Source: an uncultured Ruficoccus sp.
Lineage (GTDB): Bacteria; Verrucomicrobiota; Verrucomicrobiia; Opitutales; Cerasicoccaceae
Reading direction: 5' to 3'
DNA: 64,000 nucleotides
Assembly (NCBI GenBank): GCA_965140785.1
Contig: OZ223475.1
Coordinates: 64,001 to 128,000 of the forward strand
Shown: piece after piece, positions 35,663-44,397 of the stretch
Numbering within the stretch: the stretch's first letter is position 1
Layout of the letters: each line of letters opens with the position of its first letter
Notes under the pieces: generated by a model
What the model was told of the DNA's origin: nothing
What the model saw: only the letters and a program-made list of their open reading frames with translations
The model's database searches: none
Made by a program: the position numbers and the translations under genes

Positions 35663-36192
35663 AGCTGAGCCAGCTTCACCGCATTCATGGGGGCGATGCC
35701 CCCATCGACGCTTCGCGCCTGCCCCCCTTTATAACGATGAGACCTTTCTTCAAAAATCCTGAAAGAGTAAAAGCGCTGGAAGCGGAAGCGCGGCGCTGGA
35801 TCGGCACGCCCTTCGTGCCCTTCCAGGGTGTGTGCCAGGGCGGTTGTGATTGCGTCCACTTGGTGCATCAACTGGCCACCGCCTGCGGCTTCCCGCACGA
35901 GTTGAAGCCGCCCCGCTATACACTCGATGCAACCGCCCATCGGGAGGATTCGCAACTCCGGGAGTATTTGGAGAGCATTCCCGACTGTGTCCGGTTGGAT
36001 GATGGCACGCGCCTTATGCCCGGCGACCTTGTGACATTCATCATGGGTCGTGCCCCGCATCACCTCGGGATGTTGGTCACGCCGCCTGTATTCATCCACT
36101 CGATACGAGGGCTGGGAACCACCTTCGGCCAGTTGAACGATCCGACCTACGCCCGGCGTCAGGATGCCGTTTACCGCCTGATTCAGTCATGA
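35659..36192 (+). CDS. Phage NlpC/P60 cell-wall peptidase
   Basis: ARRWIGTPF, GCDCVHLV, PGDLV, HLG, FIHS. Confidence 0.88.
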   Translation: MKLSQLHRIHGGDAPIDASRLPPFITMRPFFKNPERVKALEAEARRWIGTPFVPFQGVCQGGCDCVHLVHQLATACGFPHELKPPRYTLDATAHREDSQLREYLESIPDCVRLDDGTRLMPGDLVTFIMGRAPHHLGMLVTPPVFIHSIRGLGTTFGQLNDPTYARRQDAVYRLIQS

Positions 36193-38192
36193 GTTTCCTC
36201 TTTCGCAGCACGCAGGCGGTGGCCGCGCCGGTCCAGAGCCTGACCAATGTCCAGGCCGAGCGGGTTGCTACCAACGAAGAAGCCCGCCCGTTGCCGTGGG
36301 CGGCAGGTACGGTGCGCCTGAGCCTGACGTGGATTACGCCTGCCATTAATCCGCAGGCCATTCCCATCACCACCACCTATCAAAGTGGCAAGAATAGCAC
36401 GTCCACCGCCACGGTGGGCTACACCTATCAGGCGGGGCTGGCCGGGGCAATTTGCAGCGGGCCAGTCGATACCCTGCACGCCATCTACATCGACACGGTA
36501 AAGGTCTGGGAAGGCCCCCTTACCGCCGTGGCAGGACAGTTTGCCTTCATCACGCTACCCAACTACGGGCAGGCCCGGTTCTATTGGGGCAGCGACAGCC
36601 AGTTGGCCGACTCGCTGCTGGAACCGCTGAGCCATCCCGCTTACCGGGGGCAATGCTATGTCGTCTTCGATCCACTCATCTTCGGGCGCGACCGAACCAG
36701 TGCCCCGCAGGTCGAGTTCGTGGTCTCGCGCCGCACAGTCATCCCCGGTTACACCAACCCGGACCTTTCCGGAGACGTGTGCCCGATTCATGCCGCCATC
36801 GAGTTGGCCACCCATCCGCGCTACGGCCTGGGTATCTACCTGTCCGACTTCGACGGCAGCGGCGAGGAAACGTCTGCCAAACTCGTGGAAGCCGACATGG
36901 GCATCTCGCCGCTCATCAATAACGCCCAATCCCTCCCACAGTCCCTCGCGGAAATGCTCGGTTACTTCGACGGCTTTCTTTACCAGAAGAATGGTAAGTA
37001 CCGCTTCGGCTCGGCCTCGCTACCGGTGGATTTCTCCGGGGCTCCCATCATCGACACCGCCGACCAGACCGACTTCCCCGAAATAGACAGCGACGCCTTC
37101 AGCCAGGTGAGCAGCGAGACGCGCCTCGTCTATACCGACCGGGACCGTGAGTTTAAGGAATCGGTCGCCATCCACCACGATGCCGCCGCCCACGCACTCA
37201 ACGGGACGCAGGAGCCGGTCACATTCCAGCGGCGGTGGATCACCCGGCAAAGCGTCGCCAACGCCCAGGTGGCCAAGGCGGGACGCCGTGCCGCACTCCC
37301 CGAGGTCGGCGGCAAGGTCATGGTGCATTACTCGAAAGGCATCGGCTTGAACCCGGGCGATCCCATCCGGCTGCGTCCCTTCCCGCAGGCTGACTACCTG
37401 CTCAACTGCCGGGTGACGGGCATTGCCCATCGTCGCAGTGACGATGCCGAGCTGGAGCTTCAGTTCGTGCTCGATGTAGCCAACCAGGTCTCCGGCGTCA
37501 CTCCTGCCCCGTACACGCCGCCCGAGCAGCCGAGCTACGACGCCGACCCCATGCCCTTCGAACGGGTCGTAGTGTTGCCGGAAGGGGTAGCGACCAGCGG
37601 GAGCGTAGGGGCGGAGCCCCTCGATGGGTCCAGCGTCACGCTGGTGGCGCATCTTGGCGTGCGTGCGCACAGCCTCATCACTGGCTACAACGTTTTCCAT
37701 TCCGCCGACGACCTGAACTACGCCTTCCTCTCACAGGCGCGGTTCTTCGCCGTCACTGGCACGCTGACGGCCGAGTTGCTTGAAGACGGGGCCGATGCCG
37801 TGATCGACGCGCACGCCGTTGACCGAGCAACACTGGCCACGCAGACCCCGGAACAGGCCGACGCCGACACCGTGATCCTGTTTCTGGGCGGTGAACTCCT
37901 GTCGGTCGAAGGCTACGTGGTCAATGCGGACGGTACTGTGACCCTGGCCAACCTGCGACGCGGACGTTTCGGCACGCTGCCCGTAGGCCACGAAGTGGGG
38001 GAGCGTGCGTTTCTGGTGAGCCGCGAGCACCTGCATATGCTGCGCAAGGACGCCTTTGTTCAGGGCAGCACGCATTACTTGAAAAGCACCTCCTACACTA
38101 TCGCCAAGGAACAGAACATTGCCACCGCCCCCGTGATGCCGCTGAATATCCCCGAGACCGAGTCGCCGGTTGACACAGATCCCGATGAGTAA
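36189..38192 (+). CDS. Phage tail-tip / central fibre protein (Phage-tail_3-like)
   Basis: HPAYRGQCYVVF, P.H...LATHPRYGLG, YTDRDREF, LRRGRFGT..H..G. Confidence 0.8.
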   Translation: MSFLFRSTQAVAAPVQSLTNVQAERVATNEEARPLPWAAGTVRLSLTWITPAINPQAIPITTTYQSGKNSTSTATVGYTYQAGLAGAICSGPVDTLHAIYIDTVKVWEGPLTAVAGQFAFITLPNYGQARFYWGSDSQLADSLLEPLSHPAYRGQCYVVFDPLIFGRDRTSAPQVEFVVSRRTVIPGYTNPDLSGDVCPIHAAIELATHPRYGLGIYLSDFDGSGEETSAKLVEADMGISPLINNAQSLPQSLAEMLGYFDGFLYQKNGKYRFGSASLPVDFSGAPIIDTADQTDFPEIDSDAFSQVSSETRLVYTDRDREFKESVAIHHDAAAHALNGTQEPVTFQRRWITRQSVANAQVAKAGRRAALPEVGGKVMVHYSKGIGLNPGDPIRLRPFPQADYLLNCRVTGIAHRRSDDAELELQFVLDVANQVSGVTPAPYTPPEQPSYDADPMPFERVVVLPEGVATSGSVGAEPLDGSSVTLVAHLGVRAHSLITGYNVFHSADDLNYAFLSQARFFAVTGTLTAELLEDGADAVIDAHAVDRATLATQTPEQADADTVILFLGGELLSVEGYVVNADGTVTLANLRRGRFGTLPVGHEVGERAFLVSREHLHMLRKDAFVQGSTHYLKSTSYTIAKEQNIATAPVMPLNIPETESPVDTDPDE

Positions 38193-38211
38193 GCTCAACT
38201 CAAGGATCATT

Positions 38212-38676
38212 ATGGACCCGGTCATCACGGAAATGGCGGCGAGCGCCGTCGCAGGCGGACTCTTTCAGGGAGTTTCCGAAGTCTTCAAGCTCGGTCAGGG
38301 CTTCATCACCACGTTGCGTGACGTGGCGATTTCCAACAACGAACAGGCCCGCAAGAATGCGGAACTGAACAACGTGAACGCCAACGCTGCCGCCAAACGC
38401 ACCCAGCCCTGGCTCACTGCCACACTAGCCATCATTGTGATTGCGGCGGCGTTCTTGCTGCCGTTTATCGCTGGTTGGATGGACATGCCCACCCAGATCG
38501 TCAGCGACGAGGAACCGTTCTCCATGCTCTGGGGGCTGATCACCTTCGGGGGCGGCAAGATTGTCACGCAGGCGCAGGGCTTCGTCCAGGGGCCGGAGTT
38601 CTGGAGTACCGTCCGCATGGTCGCAGGCTTCGTTTTCGGTGTGAAAGCCGTCTCCACCGGCAGTCGGTTGTTCTGA
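38212..38676 (+). CDS. Putative holin (3TM-holin-like)
   Basis: Last gene of the tail operon; amphipathic N-terminus, TM helix after KRTQPW, C-terminal GFVFG..A; start could be 38185. Confidence 0.55.
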   Translation: MDPVITEMAASAVAGGLFQGVSEVFKLGQGFITTLRDVAISNNEQARKNAELNNVNANAAAKRTQPWLTATLAIIVIAAAFLLPFIAGWMDMPTQIVSDEEPFSMLWGLITFGGGKIVTQAQGFVQGPEFWSTVRMVAGFVFGVKAVSTGSRLF

Positions 38677-38813
38677 TTTAAACACATCTTGATCCGTATT
38701 GATTGTTCGCATGCGAAATATCTGCCTGCGCGTATATTTGATAACTAGACTAGTAGGAATATAAAGCCTTTACGGGTGCTTATAACGGAGAACTGAAGCA
38801 GGCTTGAGATACT

Positions 38814-41800
38814 ATGTTTAGTCGCACGAATACCTTCGATGTTTTAACGAACAAGACAAACGTTAATAAAACCTCGACTGTCGACGTCACGCGCAAGCCG
38901 ACGGTCATCCCGACTTACACGCCGTTTCCGCCAGACAAAAATCCGATGTTCCTGGAAAAGCGTGTCTATCAGGGCAGCAGCGGGCGCGTCTATCCGCTCC
39001 CCTGCGTTGAGCGCTTCGAGGAGAAGAAGACCGACCGCCTCTATGACACGGTTGTGATCGAGAACGAGTTCATCGAGGTCACCATCCTGCCAGAGCTGGG
39101 CGGTCGCATCCACGGCGCGCGCGATAAGACCAACGGCTACGACTTTGTTTACCGCAACGGCGTGATCAAGCCTGCCCTGATCGCCCTGTCCGGCTCGTGG
39201 ATTTCGGGCGGCATCGAGTTTAACTGGCCGCAGCACCACCGCCCCTCGACCTTCATGCCCTGCGACGTGGAGATCGAGGAGCACACCGACGGCTCCAAGA
39301 CGATCTGGATGAGCGAACACGAGCCGCTCAACCGTATGAAGGGCATGCATGGAATTTGCCTGCACCCGGACAAGGCCGTCATCGAGCTAAAAGTCCGCGC
39401 CTACAACCGCACGCCCTTTGTGCAGACCTTCCTGTGGTGGGCGAACGTCGCCGTCACCGCTAACGAAGGCTACCAGTCGTTCCTGCCGCCCGATGTCACC
39501 CACGTGGCCGACCACGCCAAGGGCAGTACGTCGAGCTTCCCGCTGTGTACGGGCACGTACTACGGGATCAACTACGCTGATCGCGCCAAGAGTGGCGTGC
39601 CCGTCGAGGACCGACCGCCGAACTTCGTCCCGCCCAGTTGCATCGACGACCCGGCAAATATCCCTCCGCAGCTGGCCGACATTGCCGCCGCAGGTCAATA
39701 CCAGCCCAACGACATCTCCTGGTACTCAAACATCCCGGTGCCAACCTCGTACATGTGCCTCGGAACCAAGGAGGACTTCTTCGGCGGCTATGACCACCTG
39801 CGTGGCGCGGGCATCGTCCACATCGCCAACCATCACATCTCGCCTGGTAAGAAGCAATGGGTCTGGGGCAATCACCGATTCGGATATGCCTGGGACAGCA
39901 ATCTGACTGACGAGGACGGCCCATACGTCGAGCTGATGTCCGGTGTCTACACCGACAACCAGCCCGACTTCAGCTTCCTTCAGCCCGGAGAGACCAAGAC
40001 TTGGAGCCAGTACTGGTACCCGGTTCAGGGCATCGGGACCGCGCAAAAGGCGAGCCTCGACGCGGCCTTGAGCCTAATCGAACGCAACGGGAAGGTGCGT
40101 ATCGGCGCTACCACTACAAGCCCAGAAGCTGGAGCAATTGTGCGACTCGTTAACGTGAAAAGCGGCGAGACACTGCACGAGGCGACAGTGAAGCTTGGCC
40201 CGGACAGCCCTTACGTGACCACGCTTGAGTTGCCGGGTAAAACGAAGCTGACAGAACTTCGCCTGACTTTGAGCACCGATGACGGACGCGAACTGCTTGC
40301 CTACCAACCGGAGGTACCGGAGGCCAACGAGCCGGAAGTCGCCACCGAGCCACCGCACCCCTCCAAGATTGAGAGCATCGAGGAGCTGTTCATCACTGGG
40401 CTTCACCTCTACCAGTATCGCCACCCCACACGCATGCCTGAGCCTTACTGGGAAGAAGCCCTGCGCCGCGATCCCTCCGACGCCCGCACAAACAACGCCG
40501 TCGGTGCTCTCGCGCTCATCAACGGCGAGTTCGCCAAGGCCGAGAAGGACTTCCGCACCGCCATCGCGCGCTTGACCCGCCGCAACCCGAACCCCTACGA
40601 CGGCGAGCCCTACTATAACCTAGGTCTCGCTCTGCGTTATCAGGCCGATGCCGCCGCACCGACCGACGCCGAGCGCGCGAGCCAACTTCTCGACGAGGCC
40701 TACGCTGCCCTCTACAAGTCCACCTGGAATCTGGCGTGGCAGTCTGCCGCCTACCACGCCTTGGCGGAGATCGACTGCCGCCGGGGCGAATGGAAGACGG
40801 CACTCGACCACCTCGACCGTTCGCTGCGTGTGAACACGGATAACCTCCGCGCCCGCAACCTGCGTGCGATCGTCCTGCGTCAGCTCGGGCGGAGCAACGA
40901 GGCCGAGGCCCTGCTCAGAGATACCCTCGCGCTCGACCCGCTTGACTTGTGGGCACGCCTGCTGCTTGACCAGCCGATCAGTTGCGACACAAAGACCCGG
41001 CTCGACCTCGCACACGATTTCATTCGCGCCGGATTTTTGGAGGATGCGCTCGCCGTGATCGCGCCCAAGGCCATCACCGCCACGCTGGAGGATCGCCCCG
41101 AGCCGACCAGCGGCACCGGTCCAATGCTCTCGTATACTCGCGCTTTGCTCTATCAGCAACTGGGCGACAGCAAGGCGGCGCAATCAGAACTCACTGCGGC
41201 TGCCGCGTTCCCGCGCGACTACTGCTTCCCGTCGCGTGTGGAGGATGTGAACATCCTGGAATGGGCCATCTCCGCGAACCCGCAGGACGCCCGCGCACCG
41301 TACTATCTGGGGAATCTCTTCTACGACCGCAAGCGCCACTACGACGCCATTGCCCAATGGGAGGCCTCCGCCAAGCTAGAACCTGAGGCCAACCCGACCG
41401 TGTGGCGCAATCTCGGCATCGGCTACTACAATGTCATGGAAAGTCATGACAAGGCCCGCGATGCCTACGAGCGTGCCTACTCCTTGACTCAAGCGGCAGG
41501 GATTAAGGACCCTCGACTGATCTTCGAGCGCGACCTGCTTTGGAAGCGCCTCGGAGTCTCCAGCGCAGATCGGCTTGCCGCGCTGGAAAAGCACCTCGAT
41601 GCGGTGCGCTCCCGTGACGACCTCTCAGTTGAATACCTCGATCTGCTCAATCAGGAGGGACGCCACGAAGACGCCAAGGTGTATCTGGCCTCGCGTCGCT
41701 TCCAGCCGTGGGAAGGGGGCGAAGGACTCGCCCGCAGCCAGCACATGCGCACGCGTCTTGCCCTCGGTCGTCAGGCTCTCGAATCGGGTGACGCACAGAC

Positions 41801-42335
41801 CGCGCTGGAGCATTTTGAAGCTGCCCTAGATACCCCGGAAAACCTGGGCGAGTCCAAGCACCTGCTCGCCAATCAGAGCAACACCTACTACTGGCTCGGT
41901 TGCGCGTTGGAAGCGCTTGGCGGAGAGGATAACGTGGCCCGTGCCCGCAAACTCTGGGAAGCGGCTGCGAACTTTCAGGGAGACTTCCTCGAACGCGCCG
42001 TGCAGACCTACTCGGAGATGACTTACTTCTCCGCGCTGTCACTGCAAAAGCTCGGTCGTACCGACGAGGCGCAAGAGCTCTTCACCAACCTGAAGGCCTA
42101 CGCCCAGCAGCTATTCCACGAGGAGGCCAAGGTGTACTACTTCGCAACCTCGCTGCCCGCGCGCCTGCTCTTCATGAACCTGCAACGCCATCAGGAAACC
42201 ACCGCGCTGCTTATCGAAGCCCAGGCCGAGATCGGCCTCGGCGATACCGTTCGCGCCAAGGAACTCCTCATGACCGTCCTCAAACGCGATCCCTCCCGCG
42301 CCCTCGCCAAGGACTTGCTGGCCGGGCTCCAGTAA
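38814..42335 (+). CDS. DUF5107 domain protein with TPR repeats
   Basis: KRVYQGSSGRVYP, ENEFIEVTILPELGGRI, GGIEFNWPQHHRP, PGKKQWVWG, ELMSGVYTDNQPDF, FQPWEGGEG. Confidence 0.9.
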   Translation: MFSRTNTFDVLTNKTNVNKTSTVDVTRKPTVIPTYTPFPPDKNPMFLEKRVYQGSSGRVYPLPCVERFEEKKTDRLYDTVVIENEFIEVTILPELGGRIHGARDKTNGYDFVYRNGVIKPALIALSGSWISGGIEFNWPQHHRPSTFMPCDVEIEEHTDGSKTIWMSEHEPLNRMKGMHGICLHPDKAVIELKVRAYNRTPFVQTFLWWANVAVTANEGYQSFLPPDVTHVADHAKGSTSSFPLCTGTYYGINYADRAKSGVPVEDRPPNFVPPSCIDDPANIPPQLADIAAAGQYQPNDISWYSNIPVPTSYMCLGTKEDFFGGYDHLRGAGIVHIANHHISPGKKQWVWGNHRFGYAWDSNLTDEDGPYVELMSGVYTDNQPDFSFLQPGETKTWSQYWYPVQGIGTAQKASLDAALSLIERNGKVRIGATTTSPEAGAIVRLVNVKSGETLHEATVKLGPDSPYVTTLELPGKTKLTELRLTLSTDDGRELLAYQPEVPEANEPEVATEPPHPSKIESIEELFITGLHLYQYRHPTRMPEPYWEEALRRDPSDARTNNAVGALALINGEFAKAEKDFRTAIARLTRRNPNPYDGEPYYNLGLALRYQADAAAPTDAERASQLLDEAYAALYKSTWNLAWQSAAYHALAEIDCRRGEWKTALDHLDRSLRVNTDNLRARNLRAIVLRQLGRSNEAEALLRDTLALDPLDLWARLLLDQPISCDTKTRLDLAHDFIRAGFLEDALAVIAPKAITATLEDRPEPTSGTGPMLSYTRALLYQQLGDSKAAQSELTAAAAFPRDYCFPSRVEDVNILEWAISANPQDARAPYYLGNLFYDRKRHYDAIAQWEASAKLEPEANPTVWRNLGIGYYNVMESHDKARDAYERAYSLTQAAGIKDPRLIFERDLLWKRLGVSSADRLAALEKHLDAVRSRDDLSVEYLDLLNQEGRHEDAKVYLASRRFQPWEGGEGLARSQHMRTRLALGRQALESGDAQTALEHFEAALDTPENLGESKHLLANQSNTYYWLGCALEALGGEDNVARARKLWEAAANFQGDFLERAVQTYSEMTYFSALSLQKLGRTDEAQELFTNLKAYAQQLFHEEAKVYYFATSLPARLLFMNLQRHQETTALLIEAQAEIGLGDTVRAKELLMTVLKRDPSRALAKDLLAGLQ

Positions 42336-42371
42336 GCGGGATCACCGGTGGCATTCGCACGACTGAGTCCG

Positions 42372-42408
42372 ACGCCAGCAGATTCATTTCTGCTGGCGTT
42401 CTTGTTTT
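42372..42408 (+). terminator. Intrinsic terminator
   Basis: ACGCCAGCAGA-TTCATT-TCTGCTGGCGT followed by TCTTGTTTT. Confidence 0.75.
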
Positions 42409-42471
42409 ATGGGCCTGTGCGTGTTTCTTTTTACGTTGCTTGTTCATATTATTAAATATACGCATGAGAAC

Positions 42472-43329
42472 ATGGATAATATGCCAAATACGGGAAGAGA
42501 CTGGGCCGGTTTGCATTTATCCCTGCACCGCTTTTGGGAAGGGGATCCGATTGGCGTTTGCGGTAGATTTAAAGGAACTGTACTGACCGTATGGCATATA
42601 AAGGAAGGGGCGGTGACGGTTGAGAAGGGGAATTGTGTAGGGCATGCAAACAAAGGAGAATGGATTGTATGCCATCCGGGAGAGCGTCACCAAAAATTTA
42701 CTGATAATGCGCGTTTGCTTTCGCTTCATTTACACATTGAGTGTCCGACAGGGGCCGCCCGGTGGACGGGGCAGTCGGTGGTGGTGTTTAAGGAGGATGC
42801 CAGACTGAAGCAATGCCTGGCTAAGCTTCGCCGTTGCACGGTTGTTAAGCAGCTCAGTGGGGAAGGGCGTCTCAATCCGGAGGGAGAGGCTTCGACGCTG
42901 GAGTCGATTCTGGAGTTGAAGGAAAAGTTGACTGCCTTTTTTCATCAATTGGTCATGCTGCTCAAGCCACTGGGCATGTGCTATGAGGTGTCTCCCATCC
43001 GTGATGAGCGTGTCAGGGGCACGCGCCATCGACTTGCCACCGGTTCCCTGCGGGAGGGATTTTCGCGAGAAGAACTGGCTCGACGGGTTGCTTTGAGCCC
43101 CAGTCAGCTCGATCGGCTTTGGATGCAGGAACTGGGTGAAACACCACGCCATTACTGGAATTGGAGACGGCTGGAAAATGCCTGTGAACTATTCCTTAGC
43201 GGAGCAACGGGTAAGGAGGTTGCCTACGAGACAGGCTTTGACCATCTGAGCCAGTTCTCTCTGTGGTTTCGGACCAATATGGGCGAATCTCCTCGGCAGT
43301 TCCAGGCCCGCCATCAAGGCAGAGTCTGA
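42472..43329 (+). CDS. AraC family regulator
   Basis: LARRVALSPSQLDRLW...KEVAYETGFDHLSQFSLWF...SPRQF; start uncertain. Confidence 0.9.
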   Translation: MDNMPNTGRDWAGLHLSLHRFWEGDPIGVCGRFKGTVLTVWHIKEGAVTVEKGNCVGHANKGEWIVCHPGERHQKFTDNARLLSLHLHIECPTGAARWTGQSVVVFKEDARLKQCLAKLRRCTVVKQLSGEGRLNPEGEASTLESILELKEKLTAFFHQLVMLLKPLGMCYEVSPIRDERVRGTRHRLATGSLREGFSREELARRVALSPSQLDRLWMQELGETPRHYWNWRRLENACELFLSGATGKEVAYETGFDHLSQFSLWFRTNMGESPRQFQARHQGRV

Positions 43330-43349
43330 ATCTGCTTCGTGTCGTCGGG

Positions 43350-44336
43350 TCACTCGGCATGGAGTGCCTCAAGGGATAGACGGGTTTCCGTCTGCCAGCA
43401 TTTGCCCGCGTCGAGCTGAGTCAGACCGGATAGGGCTGGTTTTATCAGTGAGTTAGGAGCGTTGACTAGCCAGGTCATGGGCTCGATACACAGAGCGTTA
43501 GGATCGTCGGGCGGTGCCCATAGAAACCAGAAGCCGAAGTTACGGTCTGCCTCATATCTCACCCGGAGTTCTTCTTCGGGAAAGTCGAGAAGGGCACCCC
43601 TGAAATTATAGCCATTTATTGAAACGCTGTTCGCTCGGCAGTGGCAACTGATGGGCGGTGCGATGTGGTAGGTTTGGCCGCCGAAGGTGTGGTAGTCGTG
43701 GGGGAGTGGCCAAGGCACCTCTTGACCAGTAGGGGTGCGCGTTTTGGGGTGGAGCGTGTAACAATTATCTTCTGCCGTTATGAACAAACGCATTCTTGAT
43801 CGCTCAACATCCGGAAGGATAAATGATGTGTGGAAGCCTAATCCAAATGGCATTGGAGGGCTATCCGAGGAATCAAGGTTTTCGAGTACGGTAGTTTGTG
43901 TGACAGAGGTTTCTTCGAATCGATAACGGATACTTAACCGAAAATGATGCGGATACCCGGCAAAGGTTTTCCTGCCCTGATGGTGGGTAAACGATAATTC
44001 AATTTCGGGGTTTGCGTTCGCTGTTGCATCCTCGGTGAGGGACATCTCCCATGGCTCATGGAGGACGATACCATGCAAGTGATTGTTGCGGCTAGGTTCA
44101 TTGATGGGCAGGGAGTAGGCCCTGCCAAGCCACATAAAGGTGCCGCCCGCTATACGGTTGGGTGGAAAGAGAACGGGGATGCCGAATCGCTCGGGCTGAG
44201 TTAGGAAATCTTGCTCCGATTCCGGGTAGTTCAGTATGTCCCGATTTAGTGGGAGGTAGCGTAGCCGCACCAACTGGCCTCCATGTGCGGGGGCAAATGT
44301 CGCTTCCCAAGAATTACAGTTGAGGGTCTTGAACAT
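43350..44336 (-). CDS. Aldose 1-epimerase family protein
   Basis: GIPVLFPPNRI, NNHLHG, PFGLGFHTSF, LCIEP. Confidence 0.9.
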   Translation of the reverse strand: MFKTLNCNSWEATFAPAHGGQLVRLRYLPLNRDILNYPESEQDFLTQPERFGIPVLFPPNRIAGGTFMWLGRAYSLPINEPSRNNHLHGIVLHEPWEMSLTEDATANANPEIELSFTHHQGRKTFAGYPHHFRLSIRYRFEETSVTQTTVLENLDSSDSPPMPFGLGFHTSFILPDVERSRMRLFITAEDNCYTLHPKTRTPTGQEVPWPLPHDYHTFGGQTYHIAPPISCHCRANSVSINGYNFRGALLDFPEEELRVRYEADRNFGFWFLWAPPDDPNALCIEPMTWLVNAPNSLIKPALSGLTQLDAGKCWQTETRLSLEALHAE

Positions 44337-44397
44337 AAGTTAAAAGGGCCAAGGATCAGGCACCGCCCTTGGCTGATATAGAGCGGTGCTCGTTGCG

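Larger units (their letters stand above)
28809..38676 (+). mobile_element. Defective prophage: tail assembly, tail-tip and holin module
   Basis: Co-oriented, translationally coupled chaperones, tape measure, hub/BR0599, NlpC/P60, tail-tip and holin-like genes; no head, terminase, tail tube or integrase. Confidence 0.85.

Noticed and set aside
28809..38676. Calling the tail module a functional tailocin or GTA
   Set aside because: No tail tube, sheath, capsid or endolysin gene in the window, and the left end is an IS-broken gene
38677..38813. Expected prophage right att site after the holin
   Set aside because: No copy of the tmRNA or tRNA 3' ends seen here
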